Assembly (NCBI GenBank): GCA_973895155.1 | Contig: OZ316891.1 | Span: 27,841,045 to 27,905,044, forward strand | DNA from: Marsupella aquatica | Taxonomy: Eukaryota > Plantae > Marchantiophyta | Direction: 5' to 3' | DNA: 64,000 nt | Shown: piece by piece, positions 26,301 through 39,995 of the stretch | Layout: every line of letters starts with the position of its first letter | Position numbering within the stretch: position 1 is the stretch's first letter | Position numbers and translations under genes: made by a program | Notes under the pieces: generated by a model | The model's input: the letters and a program-made list of their open reading frames with translations, nothing else | Database searches by the model: none | What the model was told of the DNA's origin: nothing

Positions 26301-26714
26301 TGCATGCTACACGTGTGTGTATATGTAAGCATTCACATTTTTTTAGCACAATTTTTCCAACCCTAGTCTAATGTAAGAGGTGTTTTCACTCTAATGCCAT
26401 GTTTCTCATGTTCAACCCATTCACTATAACCCTATAACATTTTCAGGCTTATGATTACTAGATCTGTATATGGGGGTATTTTAATTAGTTAGTTGGTAGA
26501 TTTTTAAGAGTGCAATTTCAATTGTGGTGGTGTTAAAGGTGATTTCATTTCCAGTCTGGAGGAATATAATTCATTAAGGGTTGGGGTTGCAACACTTAGT
26601 AAAACTTTCTAGGATTGTTGTCTTTCATGTTTACACCTAGCCACAGACTCTACTAGCTAGAAAGTAAAAATCTACTAGCCCTAAAATCTACTAGCCCTAA
26701 AAGTAAAAAGTGGC

Positions 26715-27440
26715 TTTTATTCAAACATAGCGTCGGATTTAATACAACGCCCGGGCGCTGTGTTTGAGTTTGGCGTTGTGTTCAAAGTTGGCACATAATT
26801 TCAAAGTTGGCGCAACACAGTGTTGGCGTTGGCTCTATGTGAGATCGTATTTTGGTAGATAGTGTGCATTCAAAACTGAACAAATGAAGTAGGCAGTCCA
26901 CAGTTTTCGCAGCATGTAACAAAAATTTATCAAGCAAAAGCTCAGAACACGTAGTTGACAACTTGTCCAAGTCTCCTTGGTTATGTGATTTTATTGTGCT
27001 GTTAGACATATTTTTATTGTTTGAGGCAACCAAAAAATTGTCTTATGGTATGGCATGCACTAAGTTGACAATAGTGATGCTCTGGAACATTTCTTAGGAT
27101 ATTGTTGTTTGTCATAAATTTATGGTAGTTATGATTTGCAAGGTCTGTTCTCTTACCTTCCCTCGTGTAATTACAGCATTTGAATTACCTACACATTCAC
27201 AATACATTAATCTTTTAACCTTGTACACAACGGCCTAAACTCAAACACAACCTCAAACTCAAACACAACGCTATTTTTGAACACAACGCCATTCTTGAAC
27301 ACAGCGACACTCGTGAAAAAAATCCAAAACCATGTCAAAAAATTTGAACACAATGCCTAAGGCGCTATATTTGAATATAGCGCCCCTTGGCCCACTATTC
27401 AAATATATCGCCCGGGCGTTGTGTTGGGGGAAAATAGTAG
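26715..27440. repeat. Element with AACACAACGCC / GGCGTTGTGTT motifs clustered at both ends (likely non-autonomous DNA TE)
   Basis: Motif clusters at 26720-26830 and 27220-27430, largely in opposing orientations. Confidence 0.5.
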
Positions 27441-29889
27441 CATCTTCTCATTCACTCAAGGTGACATGGTCACCCTGACTGAAAAGCAAAAACCTCAAAA
27501 CCACCCTGAGTTTCATTTGACTATGACTGCTGGTCAAATGAAACTAAAAAAAAGATGTTTGTTTCCAGTGAGAAGAAGATGCATGTGCACGTTCAGTCTG
27601 CCTTGTACCTCACGTTTGCAACAGAGTTTCCAAACAAGGGGAAACCCCTCTAGACTGAAAACCAGCCAGAACGTCTTGAAACAATGAAGGTTTTAACTCA
27701 TTCCATGAGCTTCATTCCAGCTCTTCAAGGAATCATCAGCTGGATGTCGAAGCAACACTTTTTTCTTGGGGAATCTTTGCTTAAAATTTTCTATAAAAAG
27801 CTATGCCATTCAATTCCAAGGGAATTTTTTGAAAATTTTCCCCTCAATCCCCGAAATTCTTATTTAGGTAGGACACCAGATCTAACTGTCTTTCTTGGGG
27901 TCTTTTCCTTTCTTCTCCCTTTATTGGATTCTTTTGCCCGTTGGATCCTGTCTCCCAGTCTGGCCTTTCTGTCTGTGGACATTGTGTTATATATTGTAAG
28001 TAGAGAGAGTGAACAACCCCTTCAGTCTATGCCACTTTTTTTGACATAAAATACTTCTTAAGAAAGGAGAGAATTCATCACTCACACTCCGTTCCCAAAA
28101 CGAGTAAAAATGACTCTGAGTCGTTAGATTGGACGAGAGTTTGGATGGGACTCCAAAATGCTGTTCATATGAAAATTAAACTTGTAGCTCTAGAAATACA
28201 TAATTTAATTAAAACATATACGTTTCTTGGGATCTTAGAAATCTTATTCAAGCAGAAAGTTTGAAATGGTGATCACATCCGGTTAATAGCTTCTAGATCT
28301 CTATCAAAACTCTTAAAATTTGGATGGGATACCAATATAATTAAAAAAAATAAAGTCACATCCAGGCTAACAGCTTAGATCTCGATCAAAACTTTTGAAT
28401 TTGGATGGGATACCAAATATAATTTTTGGAATAACGTTTTAATGATATTTAATGCAATATTTAAATTGGTGCTCCGTGAGCAAATGGGGAAATTGGCACG
28501 TGTTAACAACATTAACTGCCTCAATATTGGGTTCGTTAGGACTAGGAATGAAAGCACAAGTCTGAAAGAACAATTTCACACGGAAGTCTGTAGGAAAAGA
28601 GGTTGGCACGTTTGATATGGAAGATGAGGAGTCGTGCTCACTCAGTAATGATGTTCAGGCATAGTACCAAAAAAACCCAAAAGGGCTTGACAGGTAATAA
28701 TTGATTCAGTTGGTGAGGATGACATCCAAGGTGAAACGATTGAATGATGTCAATACCTTTTTCCTCTTCTAAGGTCCACATCCATAGTTGTGGGGTGCAC
28801 TTGCAGATCAGAAGGTTCTATGTTTCAGTCTGTCCAAGTAGTTTTTTGCTGAGGGGCAATGTGTGGTCCTCTTGTACCACTTTCAAGCAGATCAGAAGGT
28901 TCTATATTTTGAATCTGTCATCGTGATTGTTTTTGTTGATGGGGATGTGTGGTCCTCTTTCTTGTACCACTTTCAAACTGGATTTGGGGTTATCTTCAAG
29001 CTAAAGGGGGCTGTCTTCAAATTGGTAGAAAAACACAATCAAAAATGTACAAGGGGTCAATGTTCAATTTCACATGCATCCTTCACAGGAAGAAAATGAA
29101 ATTAAACAATGATAACAGTAAAACAGCCCTCATCAGCTGATTCATCATAGAGCACTTTCATTATAGAATCCATACTTAATCTTTGACGAATAAGAAACAC
29201 ATGTCGGCTTGTAATCACATTCACTGTTTGGATCACTTTTAGACAGAGAAGTAGCCCTTTCGCACAAATTACTCTCCTGAAAACGAACCATACATTAAAT
29301 GGTCTGCAGCCGATCTATTTTGCCTACAGGGTAACTACTTTTGCATTGACAACCTTAACAAACAGATAAAGATCTGAGGTAATCAAAGCCTTCCGAATAT
29401 ATGATCTCCCCGCTACCCAAATTGAACATACATAGGGTAAGCTTCATATCCCATAAATTAACGGAGACTGCAGGTCCCTAACCGTATACAGATCCCCTAC
29501 CTAGACCCAGGTTGTTATGCGTAATTTATCTGGCTGTAAATTCTGGGGCACAAGATATCCAGAATGGCATAGAAATGGCTACCCACAACTACAGCACTTT
29601 ACTAAGAAATGGCCCCCCACTGTTGTAAGACCAGTCTAATAAGGATAGTTCTTCCTGGGAGCGACACCTCCCATACCGAACGGACCGGTAGGTAGTAAGA
29701 TAGGGCCCGGCGGCAGGGTGAAAGGCCCTGCCCCTACAGGCAAAGCGAAGAAGCCGCGGGGGGGCGGGTGATGGACGATCGACGATCGACGATCAGAGCG
29801 AGAGACGAGAGACGTCTGAACGAAACACAGAGCCCAATTCCCCCGCCTTCAAATGTCGAGCTCCTTCCTCGTCTAGTGCACCACATCCT

Positions 29890-30690
29890 AAGACGACGAG
29901 AGCACGAAATCCTACGAAGTCTGCCTCGTGAGCAGAGCTGGCATTGCAATCCTAACAAGGAAGCAATTGCTCTTCGAACCGCGAGGAGGCGGAGGCGGTG
30001 GCGGAGGAGAAGGTCCAATTCCTTGCGTTCAAATAATATTATGTTGCACTCCTTGCCTGCTCTGTCCGTGCGCGCGAATTGCTCACGAGAATAGCAGCAG
30101 CAGCAGCAGCAGCAGCGAGAGGCTAGTTAAGGAAGCAAGTTTTCTACGAACGAGAACGAGAACGAGAACGAGGAGGAGGAGGAGGAGGAGGAGGAGAATC
30201 GGCTAAAGAAACATTTCTGCTACGAGCGGAGAGGAGAAGGAGGAGCAGGAGGAATCCTTGCATTCAAATAATGTTGCACTCCTTGTCTGCTTCGTCCGTG
30301 TGCGCGAATTGCTGAGACGCGTCCTTCTGAATGCAGAAGCAACAGCAGCAGCGATAGGCTAATTAAGGAAGCAAATTTTGTACGAACGAAGAGGAGGAGG
30401 AGGAGGAGAATCGGCTAAAGAAGAATTTCTGCTACGAACGGAGAGGAGAAGGAGGAGCAGAAGGAGAAGGTCCAATTCCTTGCGTGCTTCGTCCACGCGC
30501 GCGAATTGCTGTCTACCTCCTCGTGCGATTAGCAATACCAGCAGCAGCAGCGATAGACTACGGAAACAATTGAACAAAGAGAGGAGGAGGAGGAGGAGGA
30601 GGAGAAATTGGCTGAGGAAGTAATTCATCTACGACCGAGGAGGTGCAACAGGAGGACAAATTGGCTAAGGAAGCAATCCTTCGACTAACG
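29890..30690. repeat. ~230-bp tandem units with (GAG)n/(CAG)n microsatellites directly upstream of the ADAL gene
   Basis: Repeated GCGCGAATTGCT, AAGGAAGCAA and GGAGAATCGGCTAAAGAA blocks. Confidence 0.8.
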
Positions 30691-30716
30691 AGTTGGAGGG
30701 GAGGACGACACATATA

Positions 30717-33700
30717 ATGTCTCCAATGCTGCAGAGGTTGTGTGAGGAGGCTGGTGAGGAGACTGCTCGATGGAAGGCCATTCCGAAAATAGAGCTTCAC
30801 GCTCACCTCCACGGCTGTGTTCGGCCTTCGACCCTTTGGTGAGTGAAATCTTTACAAGTGATACGAGAGAGTGATGAATTCTCGACTGTTCTGTAGCAAT
30901 CGGTTCCAAGACTTTCGCCACTGATACAGGCGGGTGTAGTGGACGATAGCCCTGACTTGTCGCAGCTTTGAGTCGGTCAATGTTGTGTGTTTCTTGGATG
31001 GTATATGGACTTCGTCGGGTATTCTGGTTGCTTCAAGCTTAGCGAGGGAATCTTGTTGATTTGAATCAAGTTTGTGGAATTGTAGGCACTGTCGTGGATG
31101 GCAGAGTCCCGGCAGAATGTGGTCCGCATCCAGTGACTGACCAGTGGTAACTGTCTTCGCATAAATTGGCACAGCGAATTAGCTTCGAAGCAGGGAAGGA
31201 CTGGCACTACAGCGGTCGACGATATTGTTCACAAAATATGTGAAGGTAGTAAGGCGCGCGTAACTTTTGAAACCTGGGTACCTGGACAGATTCTTCCGTT
31301 AGAAGAGTCACATTCGTCTCATCTGTACGTTAGTTGTGTGCCCGTGCCGATCTGTGGAGTCTCCTTTGCATTTATGAGAGCTAACTTTGTCTGGAATGTC
31401 CGGAATGGAGTGAAGCGATGCTGATTGACATGCCTTTTAAAGTTTGGCTTGTGGTTGGCGGACTCGATTTATCTATCCTGCTCTTCGTTTTAGGTACTGG
31501 CTCTTAGTGCATGGAGGCGTGGTGACACTTTTATTTAGACAATTTCGTTTCTCTCCGATCCGATCGCTACCAATTACCAAACCAGATCAATAGCGATTGC
31601 CGTTCTCCCAGTTGCAAAGGTTTAACCATGAAAATGCCATTGCTGAGGTCGTGTATGACTTTACTCTCGCGCTTTGTCATTGACAAGATTTTCCTAGACG
31701 CTGGACGTGGCTAAGCGATTCCAGTAGAATTATAATGGACTTGTAATTTTTCATTCATGGTACTCCCTTTTCAAATTGGCCCCCGAGTTTTACTATCTAA
31801 GCAGTGATGTTTCTTGAGAGTGCTCCGAGAATTGAAACTCGATTCGTTCTTTCTTGACAAGGATTCAAATCAAACGCGTCTCTGGCGGACTGTTTCAGGC
31901 TATTTCCCTTGATCCACGGCCTTACGACTGACCACGCCATAGTCACAAGAATCACTAAAGAGGTTGGAAGATCTCACCGTTACTGTACATTAGTGTTTCC
32001 CTCTAGAGAACGATTCTCTCTTTTTGAACTACATGGCTCATTAAATCATTGAAACTGTGGATGATACTCAGGCAATCGAGGACTTCGTTGCGGACAATGT
32101 GGTCTATCTCGAGTTACGAACAACTCCGAAGGTGACTAAATTGAGCTCATTTGCATTGCCTCGAGCCTCCAGATTACGTCTTCATGGGTTTCATATGTCT
32201 TACTTCAGACTCGTGTCGACGTTGCTGGCACTATTCGTCCAATTTCACGACGGTACAACGTGATCCTGATTTTTGGCTGGCTCTCATCAACAGCGTAATG
32301 AAGCCCAGGGAATTAGTAAACGTTCCTACGTCGAAGCAGTTCTGGCTGGTTTTGAGTCTGCGGGGGTTTCCCCTTGTTCGAAAAGTGGGTTGCGAACGTC
32401 AGACGGACAAGCCAAACCGAGCGTGCACGTGCGGCTTCTTCTCAGCATCGATCGTCGAGAGAGTGCCGAAGAAGCAATGGATACGGTACCTACTACCAGC
32501 CTTTGCGTTTTTCATTTATCCAAAGAAATCATGGTTTTGCTCTAGTGCAAATCATCACGCCTCTAGTATGAACATTATTTTAATGTAGTTTCTGGGGACG
32601 CGTCTAGCTGAAATATACTCACGGAGTTTAACTGACAGGTGCTCCTTGCTTGGGAGTTGAGAAACCGTGGTATCGTCGGGATTGATTTGAGCGGCAATCC
32701 TATGATCGGGCAGTGGTATGTGCGAGTTATGTCTTGCGTTCTGATTTCCCGCACACAAGGCAGCCAGTAGTTACAATTTTCAAACAGTTTGTTGGTCGAA
32801 ACAGATGATTCATTTTGATTGTCGCAATCTTTTCACCTATGTCTTTTCCTACCTTAAAACGATGCCGGCCTTGTTTTGAATTTGTTTTTGACAGGGAGAC
32901 TTTCCTACCTGCTCTGAATTGGGCCAAGCAACACGGAATGCCTTTGACACTGCACTGTGGAGAAGTAAGTTGACAATGATCTCTACTCTGTATTCAACCA
33001 GGTACGCAGTACTCACGGACTAAACTAGGGACGACCTTGTCTACTTAAACAACAAAATAATGCAGGTAAGGATCTATAACAGTCAAGGAAAAGGTTTCAG
33101 CGTTCGACTCCCTTAGGTAGGAAATCGGAGTACATACATTTGTGACGACAGATATTGAGAACGGAAATATAAAGGGGAAGACTTGGCTGCTCTCATGTGA
33201 TTACCAGCGTTAACAGAGTGCTTCTTTCTCATACTCGCAGGTTTTCAACCCTGAGGAGGTCCGAGCAATGCTTGCTCTACAGCCGCAGAGAGTAGGTCAT
33301 GTCTGCTGCCTGGACAAACCTGAGTGGAGTGCTTTACTAGCATCAAATATACCGGTAAACTTTCTACCTATGATTGATTCTGTGATTATCAGCTTTTTCA
33401 AATCCTGGGTCTCTGAAAGTATAGTGGGTAGTTGACTAAAGAAGATTAAAATTCTAGACATTGCTTCGTATTCATTTGGAGATATTGTTAGAGCGAGGCA
33501 CTAGTATTGCATGCCGAATTATACGAAGCTAAGAAGAAGAGGGTGAGGTGAACCTCTCTTACTTGAGCAATTATTACGTTCGTTTCAAATTGCAGGTAGA
33601 GATTTGCCTGACTTCAAATGTACGCTCAAGGAGTGTGCGTTCCATATATGACCATCATTTTGGTTGGTACACTGACCCTGGTCTAAGTTCTTCGATGGTA

Positions 33701-34545
33701 GTAGTATTTTCAGAAAGGAGGATTCCATTGATTTTCTCGTCATATCCACGTACGTTGGCCCCGTTAGTGAACTCTTCTGTGTTGATTTCAGAAAGTTTTG
33801 GGCCTCGTAGGTCTTGACAATCAATTTGGTTCATTTTCTTTGCTCCATGTGGTGCTTTCGTTAGCCTACGTCTTTTCTTTGAATTCCAGCAATATTTTGT
33901 CATATCTTATGTTCAATGTTGTTTTTGCTCGTGCAGCCGCACTTTATAAGGCAAAGCACCCTACTATACTTTGCACTGATGACCCGGGACTGTTCTCCAC
34001 TTGTCTTTCTCAAGAGTACTCTCTTGCAGCAGCTTGTTTTGGTATGGGACGGGAACTATTTCCGAAGCATTATGTCATTCAAGCCCTTTTTTTCCATGTA
34101 TCGTAGACATTAACGGGAGAGCTTTTCCATAAACGGGAACTCACAAAAATACCTAATTAATTTCCCCATTATACCAGTGTTATGGTTTTGGAGTGAGTTG
34201 TCTTGCATAGATTTCAGGATAACTAATAAACTGCTCTATATATGGTACAGAGCAAGCTCTGCTTCCTCTCTGGCCCTTCTCGTAAACCCTCCCGCGTTTT
34301 CTAGTCAACAGCAAAAACTGGTGTGCTCCCTTTTAAGTGACCACAGCTTCACTACTTAAGTATGCGTTGGATGTTGAAAACACAGCTTCAGTTCAAACTA
34401 TGGTTGTGCAGGACTGTCAGAAGAGGACCTTTTGATGATGGGGAAGAACGCAGTAGAATACACATTCGCAGAGGAACAGCTGAGGTTGACCCTACAAAAG
34501 ATATTCGAGGAAGCATTGACAAAAACTGCTGACCGATTACACTGA
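30717..34545 (+). CDS. MAPDA: Adenosine deaminase-like protein / N6-methyl-AMP deaminase; 11 exons (approx. 30717-30838, 31175-31245, 31862-31962, 32072-32131, 32295-32486, 32639-32715, 32895-32964, 33241-33354, 33596-33662, 33937-34041, 34412-34545)
   Basis: PKIELHAHLHG, DNVVYLELRTTPK, VRLLLSIDRRE, GIDLSGNP, TLHCGE, RVGH, VEICLTSN, LCTDDPGLFST motifs joined by GT-AG introns. Confidence 0.92.
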
Positions 34546-37099
34546 CGAGTGGGCACATCTGAGCTTTTTCATGAGCTTAGCTAGACTGCGGTTATTCATT
34601 TGGTGTGAATTCTGTGAAGGGAGATTACACCAGAATGCATGTCAAACGGACAATTTCATCCCATCATATCATATGAACATGTTGACATATATGTTCAATG
34701 CTGCTGACTAAAGCAGTCAATCCCTGTCATCGATATGCAGAGAGTGGACCTGAGGCGCTGGATGTGCAGATGAGAATATTCTTGGGAGGGCATAGGACGG
34801 CTCGTTCATTCTGACAAATCATACCCTCAGTGTCAGGGGGAGGTGAAAGTAAGTATTTCTACTCACAACGCTGCTCTACTACCTTCTTCGCCTCATGCTT
34901 TATCCTTCCGTGATGGTGTAAGTTGTGCTAGGCTACGGTTAGTGCTACTTCAAACGCCAAATCTTTAGGTTTGGATATCGTGAGATCTTTGACATTGAGC
35001 ACCTTCCAAATAGATGTTTGTCGTTTGTACGGAATTTTAAAGCCCTCTCTTCGTCACAGACGCACCCCACTCTGTCCAGGATAACAGATAGGCAACTTGG
35101 AGAAACCAGTGCCAACGAGTTGATCTTTTCAACGGACTCCTTGATGAGAACAAAACCCGTAATCATCAATATGTATCAATATCTTCGATTCAATCCTGTC
35201 CAATTGAGTGTACTAGATAGTGTGTGAATCCCCTCTGAACCACAGTAGTAAAATTGGGGAAAAGGTCGGACCGAGTGGTCAGTTGGCTTACACGGACAAG
35301 GTCCCGGCATAGCTTTTAGATCAGGATCACCGTGGAATGTCTTGATCAGGAGCTTTACTGTGTTTCTCCACTTTAAACTTCGACATGGGCCCTGCAACGG
35401 AGATTGCTGATCAGGCGTTCCTAAATTTTGATTACTTTTCCATGGATCTGAAACTCCTTATCCACTTCCTTGTGTAATGCTCTATAGTGTATCGTCATAG
35501 AAAAGGTAACAAGAGTAGACCTTTGTTCATTTACAGAACTACTCTTTGGATGTGCTCGGCACGTGAGCTCGAAACACCCTACTGACCTACGATTATAAAC
35601 TGGGCAGGAAAATAAAGACGGGAGCAATAGGAACTAAGCCTTTTTTATATATTAAACAAGAGGATGTAACTAGGGTCCTCGTTATTTCCAATGCTTTATT
35701 CGAAGCTTGATCAGGGCCGTCTGCGGGATCAGTCCACCTGCAACATGCAGACCGCTCGGAGCGAGAGGGGACTGCAGGGATTTGGGTGGTAGCTAGAGCG
35801 ACGAGAGCTGGGTTAGTGAGCGCTTTTGCGTTCGGTAGATGTGGGGGGATTTTGTTGCTGCTGTAAGCTATGGAGGCCGCCTTGAACGAAAGCCTCTTGC
35901 CTGAGCTTGATAAAGGTATCTGGTTTTTACAATATGTTAGCTGGATTATAGCATGTTCATGGCATGTTCATCTTGGAACAAGCTTAGTTTATTGTCTTGT
36001 AGAGATGTGTAAATGATTAGTGTATAGTATTTGATAGAATTGAGTGGAATACACCACATGCCAAATAAAAGTACATTTCACATAATGACCAGTGACAAGT
36101 AAAAGTACAAGTGTGCAAGTGTTGAAAGCATGTTGATCCCATAACATGGTTACGTTTTTGTCTTGTAGTGATGCCTAAATGACTATTGCATTGTATTTGA
36201 TAGGATTGACTAATACAGCAAATGCCAAATAAAAGTTCATTTCACATAATGACTAAGAAAAGAACAAGTGCACAAGTCTTGAAAAGTTGTGCACATAAGG
36301 AACAAATTCTAACCTGCCCTAATGACACTCAATCTACCAAGCATTGTGTATGTAACTTCGAGAAGATTCTCATTTGCTTTAGGTAATGACAATAGAAACC
36401 ATAAGCTTAGCAATCAAAATATGAGAAGTATTTTAAGCATGAGGTGCCCACATCTCAAAGTTTCAAAACTCTCTCACATTCACTATATTTGGCAGAAATT
36501 AGATAAAATTTGCTAAAGGGGGTGGATGCACTGACTATATTAAAAGTTAAATTTAGTAGGAAAGGAGAGCCCAAAGATAACCAATGTAAAAAACATTTAG
36601 AGGGGTGCCAAAATAATTTAAAATCTAAATCATTCAAGTGATGGACCGCGTGATGACACATTGAAATAAAAATATATAACAAAAAATATTAGTAAGACCA
36701 AATACTGAAATGTAGATTGGCCATATAGCAGTGTAAAAAATAAGTTACAAAGTCCAGAGCATCGAGACATCATTTGTGAGTGGATAATACAGTACGGAAT
36801 GCCCGCCGGAGAAACTATGGCAGCAACCTAAAGTACACTTTTCCAGTAATTAGTGCTTGAATGTTATGTCTTACTTATGGGGGGTTTTCCCCCCTTTATT
36901 GGGTGTCTTGCCTTTGAGATCCCCCAATTTGGCATTGTGATAAATATTATACATTTGATACTTTGTTCTTTGGCAGCGTGGTAATATAAATGTAATTGCT
37001 ATCTTGTGTGCAAAAGTTGGAAAGGAGATGGCCATCCAAGAGCATGAGAGCATACAATCCACATTATTATGGGTTACTAGCCCAATACCCGTGGGTTGC

Positions 37100-37850
37100 A
37101 CAGAAGATGTCGAGGTGAGAAAAAGATGTCAAGGATAGAAAAAGATATAAAATGTGAAAAAGATGTTGAGGTGAGAAGAAGATATCAAGGTGAGAAAGCG
37201 TGCCAAGAGAGAAAAAGATTTTGAGGTGAGGAAAAGATATCAAGGTGAGAAAAAGATGTCAAGGAGAGAAAAAAGATGTTGAGGGAAAAAGAGGTCCAGG
37301 AGAGACAAATATTGTGAGGTGAGAAAAAGATGTCAAGCTAAGACAAAGTTGTCGAGGAGAGACAAATATTTTGAGGTGATGAAAAGATGTTGAGGAAAGA
37401 AAAAGATGTTGGGCAAGGTAAATATATTGATTGAGGCGAGAAAATACAGGGGAAAAGATGTTCAGGCGAGAAAACATGTTAAGGCCAAAAAAGAATGTGA
37501 AAGGAGGGCAAAGACATTGAGTAAAAAAAACATGTTGAGGCAAAAAAAAGATGTTGAGGCAAGAAAAGATGTTGAGGCAAGAAAAGATGTCAAGACGCAA
37601 AAAGATGTTGAGTCAAGGCAAAAATGTCCAGGTGAAGCAAGAAAATATATGCTTTGCAAGAAATACGTTGAGGCATGTTATGTGTCATTGCAGCCATATA
37701 GGTGTTGCAGCCATGTCAAGGCAAGGCAAAATTGTTGAGGTGAGGCAAAGATGTTGAGGCAAGACAAAACTGTTGAGGCAAGTTTAGATGTCGCAGTGAG
37801 GCAAAGATGTTGTAGTGAGGCAAAAATGTTGAGGCAAGACAAAGAAATGC
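37100..37850. repeat. Degenerate ~20-bp satellite (AAAAGATGTTGAGGYRAG); inverted relative at ~7480-7640
   Basis: Motif reiterated dozens of times. Confidence 0.85.
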
Positions 37851-38928
37851 ACGTCCGCCAAAGGAATGTAGACAATGCAAAGAAATGTAAATAGGGGAAG
37901 AAAGTTGTTTAAACATCTCAAAAGTTGTTGCGACCATGTTGTCATTGTTGTGATAGCTATGTTGTTGAGAAGAGCAAGGATGTGGGAGGATGAGAGGGAG
38001 TGCAAGAGAGGTGATGGCCACTTGTGGCTTTGCAGGGTCAGGTGTGGTTGCACAATGCTGTTGGGAGGGGAGCATTTTATTTTTTCTCTTCCCCTTTTTC
38101 CTACTTCTTCACTCCCTTGCCACTCCATTCTTCCCCCTCTTTCGTACCTTAGTTTGGCACCATTAACTAAACAAAAATGCAAAATTAAATAAAGAGTAGA
38201 AAAAGGGAGTTAAGAAAATTAACCCATTTTGCTTCTTTTTAAAGTTTCATAATTATACTCTATGCAAAAATCCAAACATTTTGTCATGAAAGTTTATCAT
38301 TCCTATGTGTGTACTTAGATTAAACAAAAAACAACATTTAAATTAATGTCACATAAGGTTGATTCATCACATTTTGGATGATGTCACATAAGAGTCATGT
38401 CACGTACTCTGTATTCTACTATAATGAGAAGTATATCACTTGACATTCCTGGTCAATCAATCCAAGCGTACACAAAAAATTCAAAATAAATCTGAGGTTC
38501 AGGTTGATTCCCTCCATTTTCAATTTTGTAAGCAGACGAAAGGACTTTGGCGGCATTGCATATTATAGAAATAGATATTAACTCTGAATTTACAAGAGGT
38601 AAATAATTAGGGTTGCAGAGACAATTTTTAGATATTAGACGGATTGTCTCCTCCTCAAAGACTTGTTGGACTATTGTTGGACTTCGTGAATTGGGGATGA
38701 AAGTGAAGGATTATTTAAGTAATTCTCATTTGTTCAGTTTTGAATATATTATGTCCACATTTCAATCTCGCCAAGCTCGCAATTGCTATTTAAATCCAAG
38801 AGATTCTTGAATACATAATTATGTCGATGCTTCTTGTCTAGTATCCTATTCCAATGTGAAATGATACTCCTTTAATATAAAACACAATGCTGACCGTCTA
38901 AGTTCTCTTTTGTGTGATTGCGATCTAG

Positions 38929-39586
38929 GTACATAAGGCTCATTGTTGCCGAGTCGCTGCGTTTGAACCCTCAACCACCATTGCTCATTAGAAGGGCACT
39001 CGAACTCGACACTATTCTTGGTGAGTCCGATGTAGGGAACTTTTAATTCTTTAATGAACTTTATTTCTAGGTGATGGCACTCTTTTTGCTACGTGCATAT
39101 TGTGGAGCTCGTTGCGTTAAATTGATGTGCAGGCAGAGATGGTTTTCAGTGGTGTACTGTCATGATCTTCACCTTAAGTTGGTTGGTGTTTGAATGTATG
39201 CTGACCACTCCCTTTGGAATGAAAACAGGTGGTTACAGTGGCGATCCTACTGGGTATCCACTTCCCAAATGAGCAGATGTATTCATTTCCGTAGGTTTCA
39301 TTCACAAATAATTTGTTTGTCGATCTTGATGGTCAGTTGAGAGACTGCACTACCAGTGCTGGTAGGACACTTAACCGGAAGAGAGAATTCGGGTTGTACT
39401 TATCAAATCATACGTGATCTTCGTTTTGGTCAGGGTTAGTTACAATATTCACCGGTCTCCATATTTCTGGAATGAGCCTGAGAAGTTAAACCCAGAAAGC
39501 GTGTTTGGAGCCCAAGCCTAGTGAGATTGATGGGTGGGCAGGAGATGATCCCACCCGCAGCCTAGGTGCATTTTATCGTAATGAGG
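38929..39586 (+). pseudogene. CYP97B-type cytochrome P450 fragment (3 exons, in-frame stop and frameshift, no heme-binding Cys exon)
   Basis: YIRLIVAESLRLNPQPPLLIRRAL (ExxR), GGYSGDPTGYPLPK*ADVFIS, YNIHRSPYFWNEPEKLNPE..DGWAGDDPTRSLGAFYRNE, with introns retained. Confidence 0.85.
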
Positions 39587-39995
39587 TGAGTGCGGCGTGT
39601 AAGAAAACTTCTATGCTGAACTTGGAGGTTGTTTAAGTGAGACTGCCATGTGGGTGTTTTGATATCTTGCACACTCTTCCACAGATTATTCCTGGTGAAG
39701 AAGGAGCGGATCCTACAGGGGATCTAGTGAGAAGCGAGTAGGCACACAAACAACGTATGGCCCAAGAAAAACGCCAAGGAATCCAACGGGCGGCAGATCT
39801 TTCCCGCCCAAATGTCATTTATTTCATAAACGGAAGAACACAAAAAAGAGCTGCAGTATTAGAGTGTTATTGCCACAATATGATTGAGATAAACTGAACC
39901 GCATAAACCAGGTTCTTATACATGATTCCTATAGCCCAGGTGATCGACTCGCAGCCGGGAGCTAATGCCCTCACAATTCCGTGGTTCAAGTGCGG

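Noticed and set aside
29734-30921. Arg/Ser/Leu-rich ORFs
   Set aside because: Translations of GAG/CAG microsatellites; only the frame starting at 30717 matches a protein family.
34870-35400. Possible decayed coding sequence on the minus strand (KILIHIDDY.., faintly NB-ARC kinase-2-like)
   Set aside because: Multiple stops and no second supporting motif; cannot be assigned without a search.
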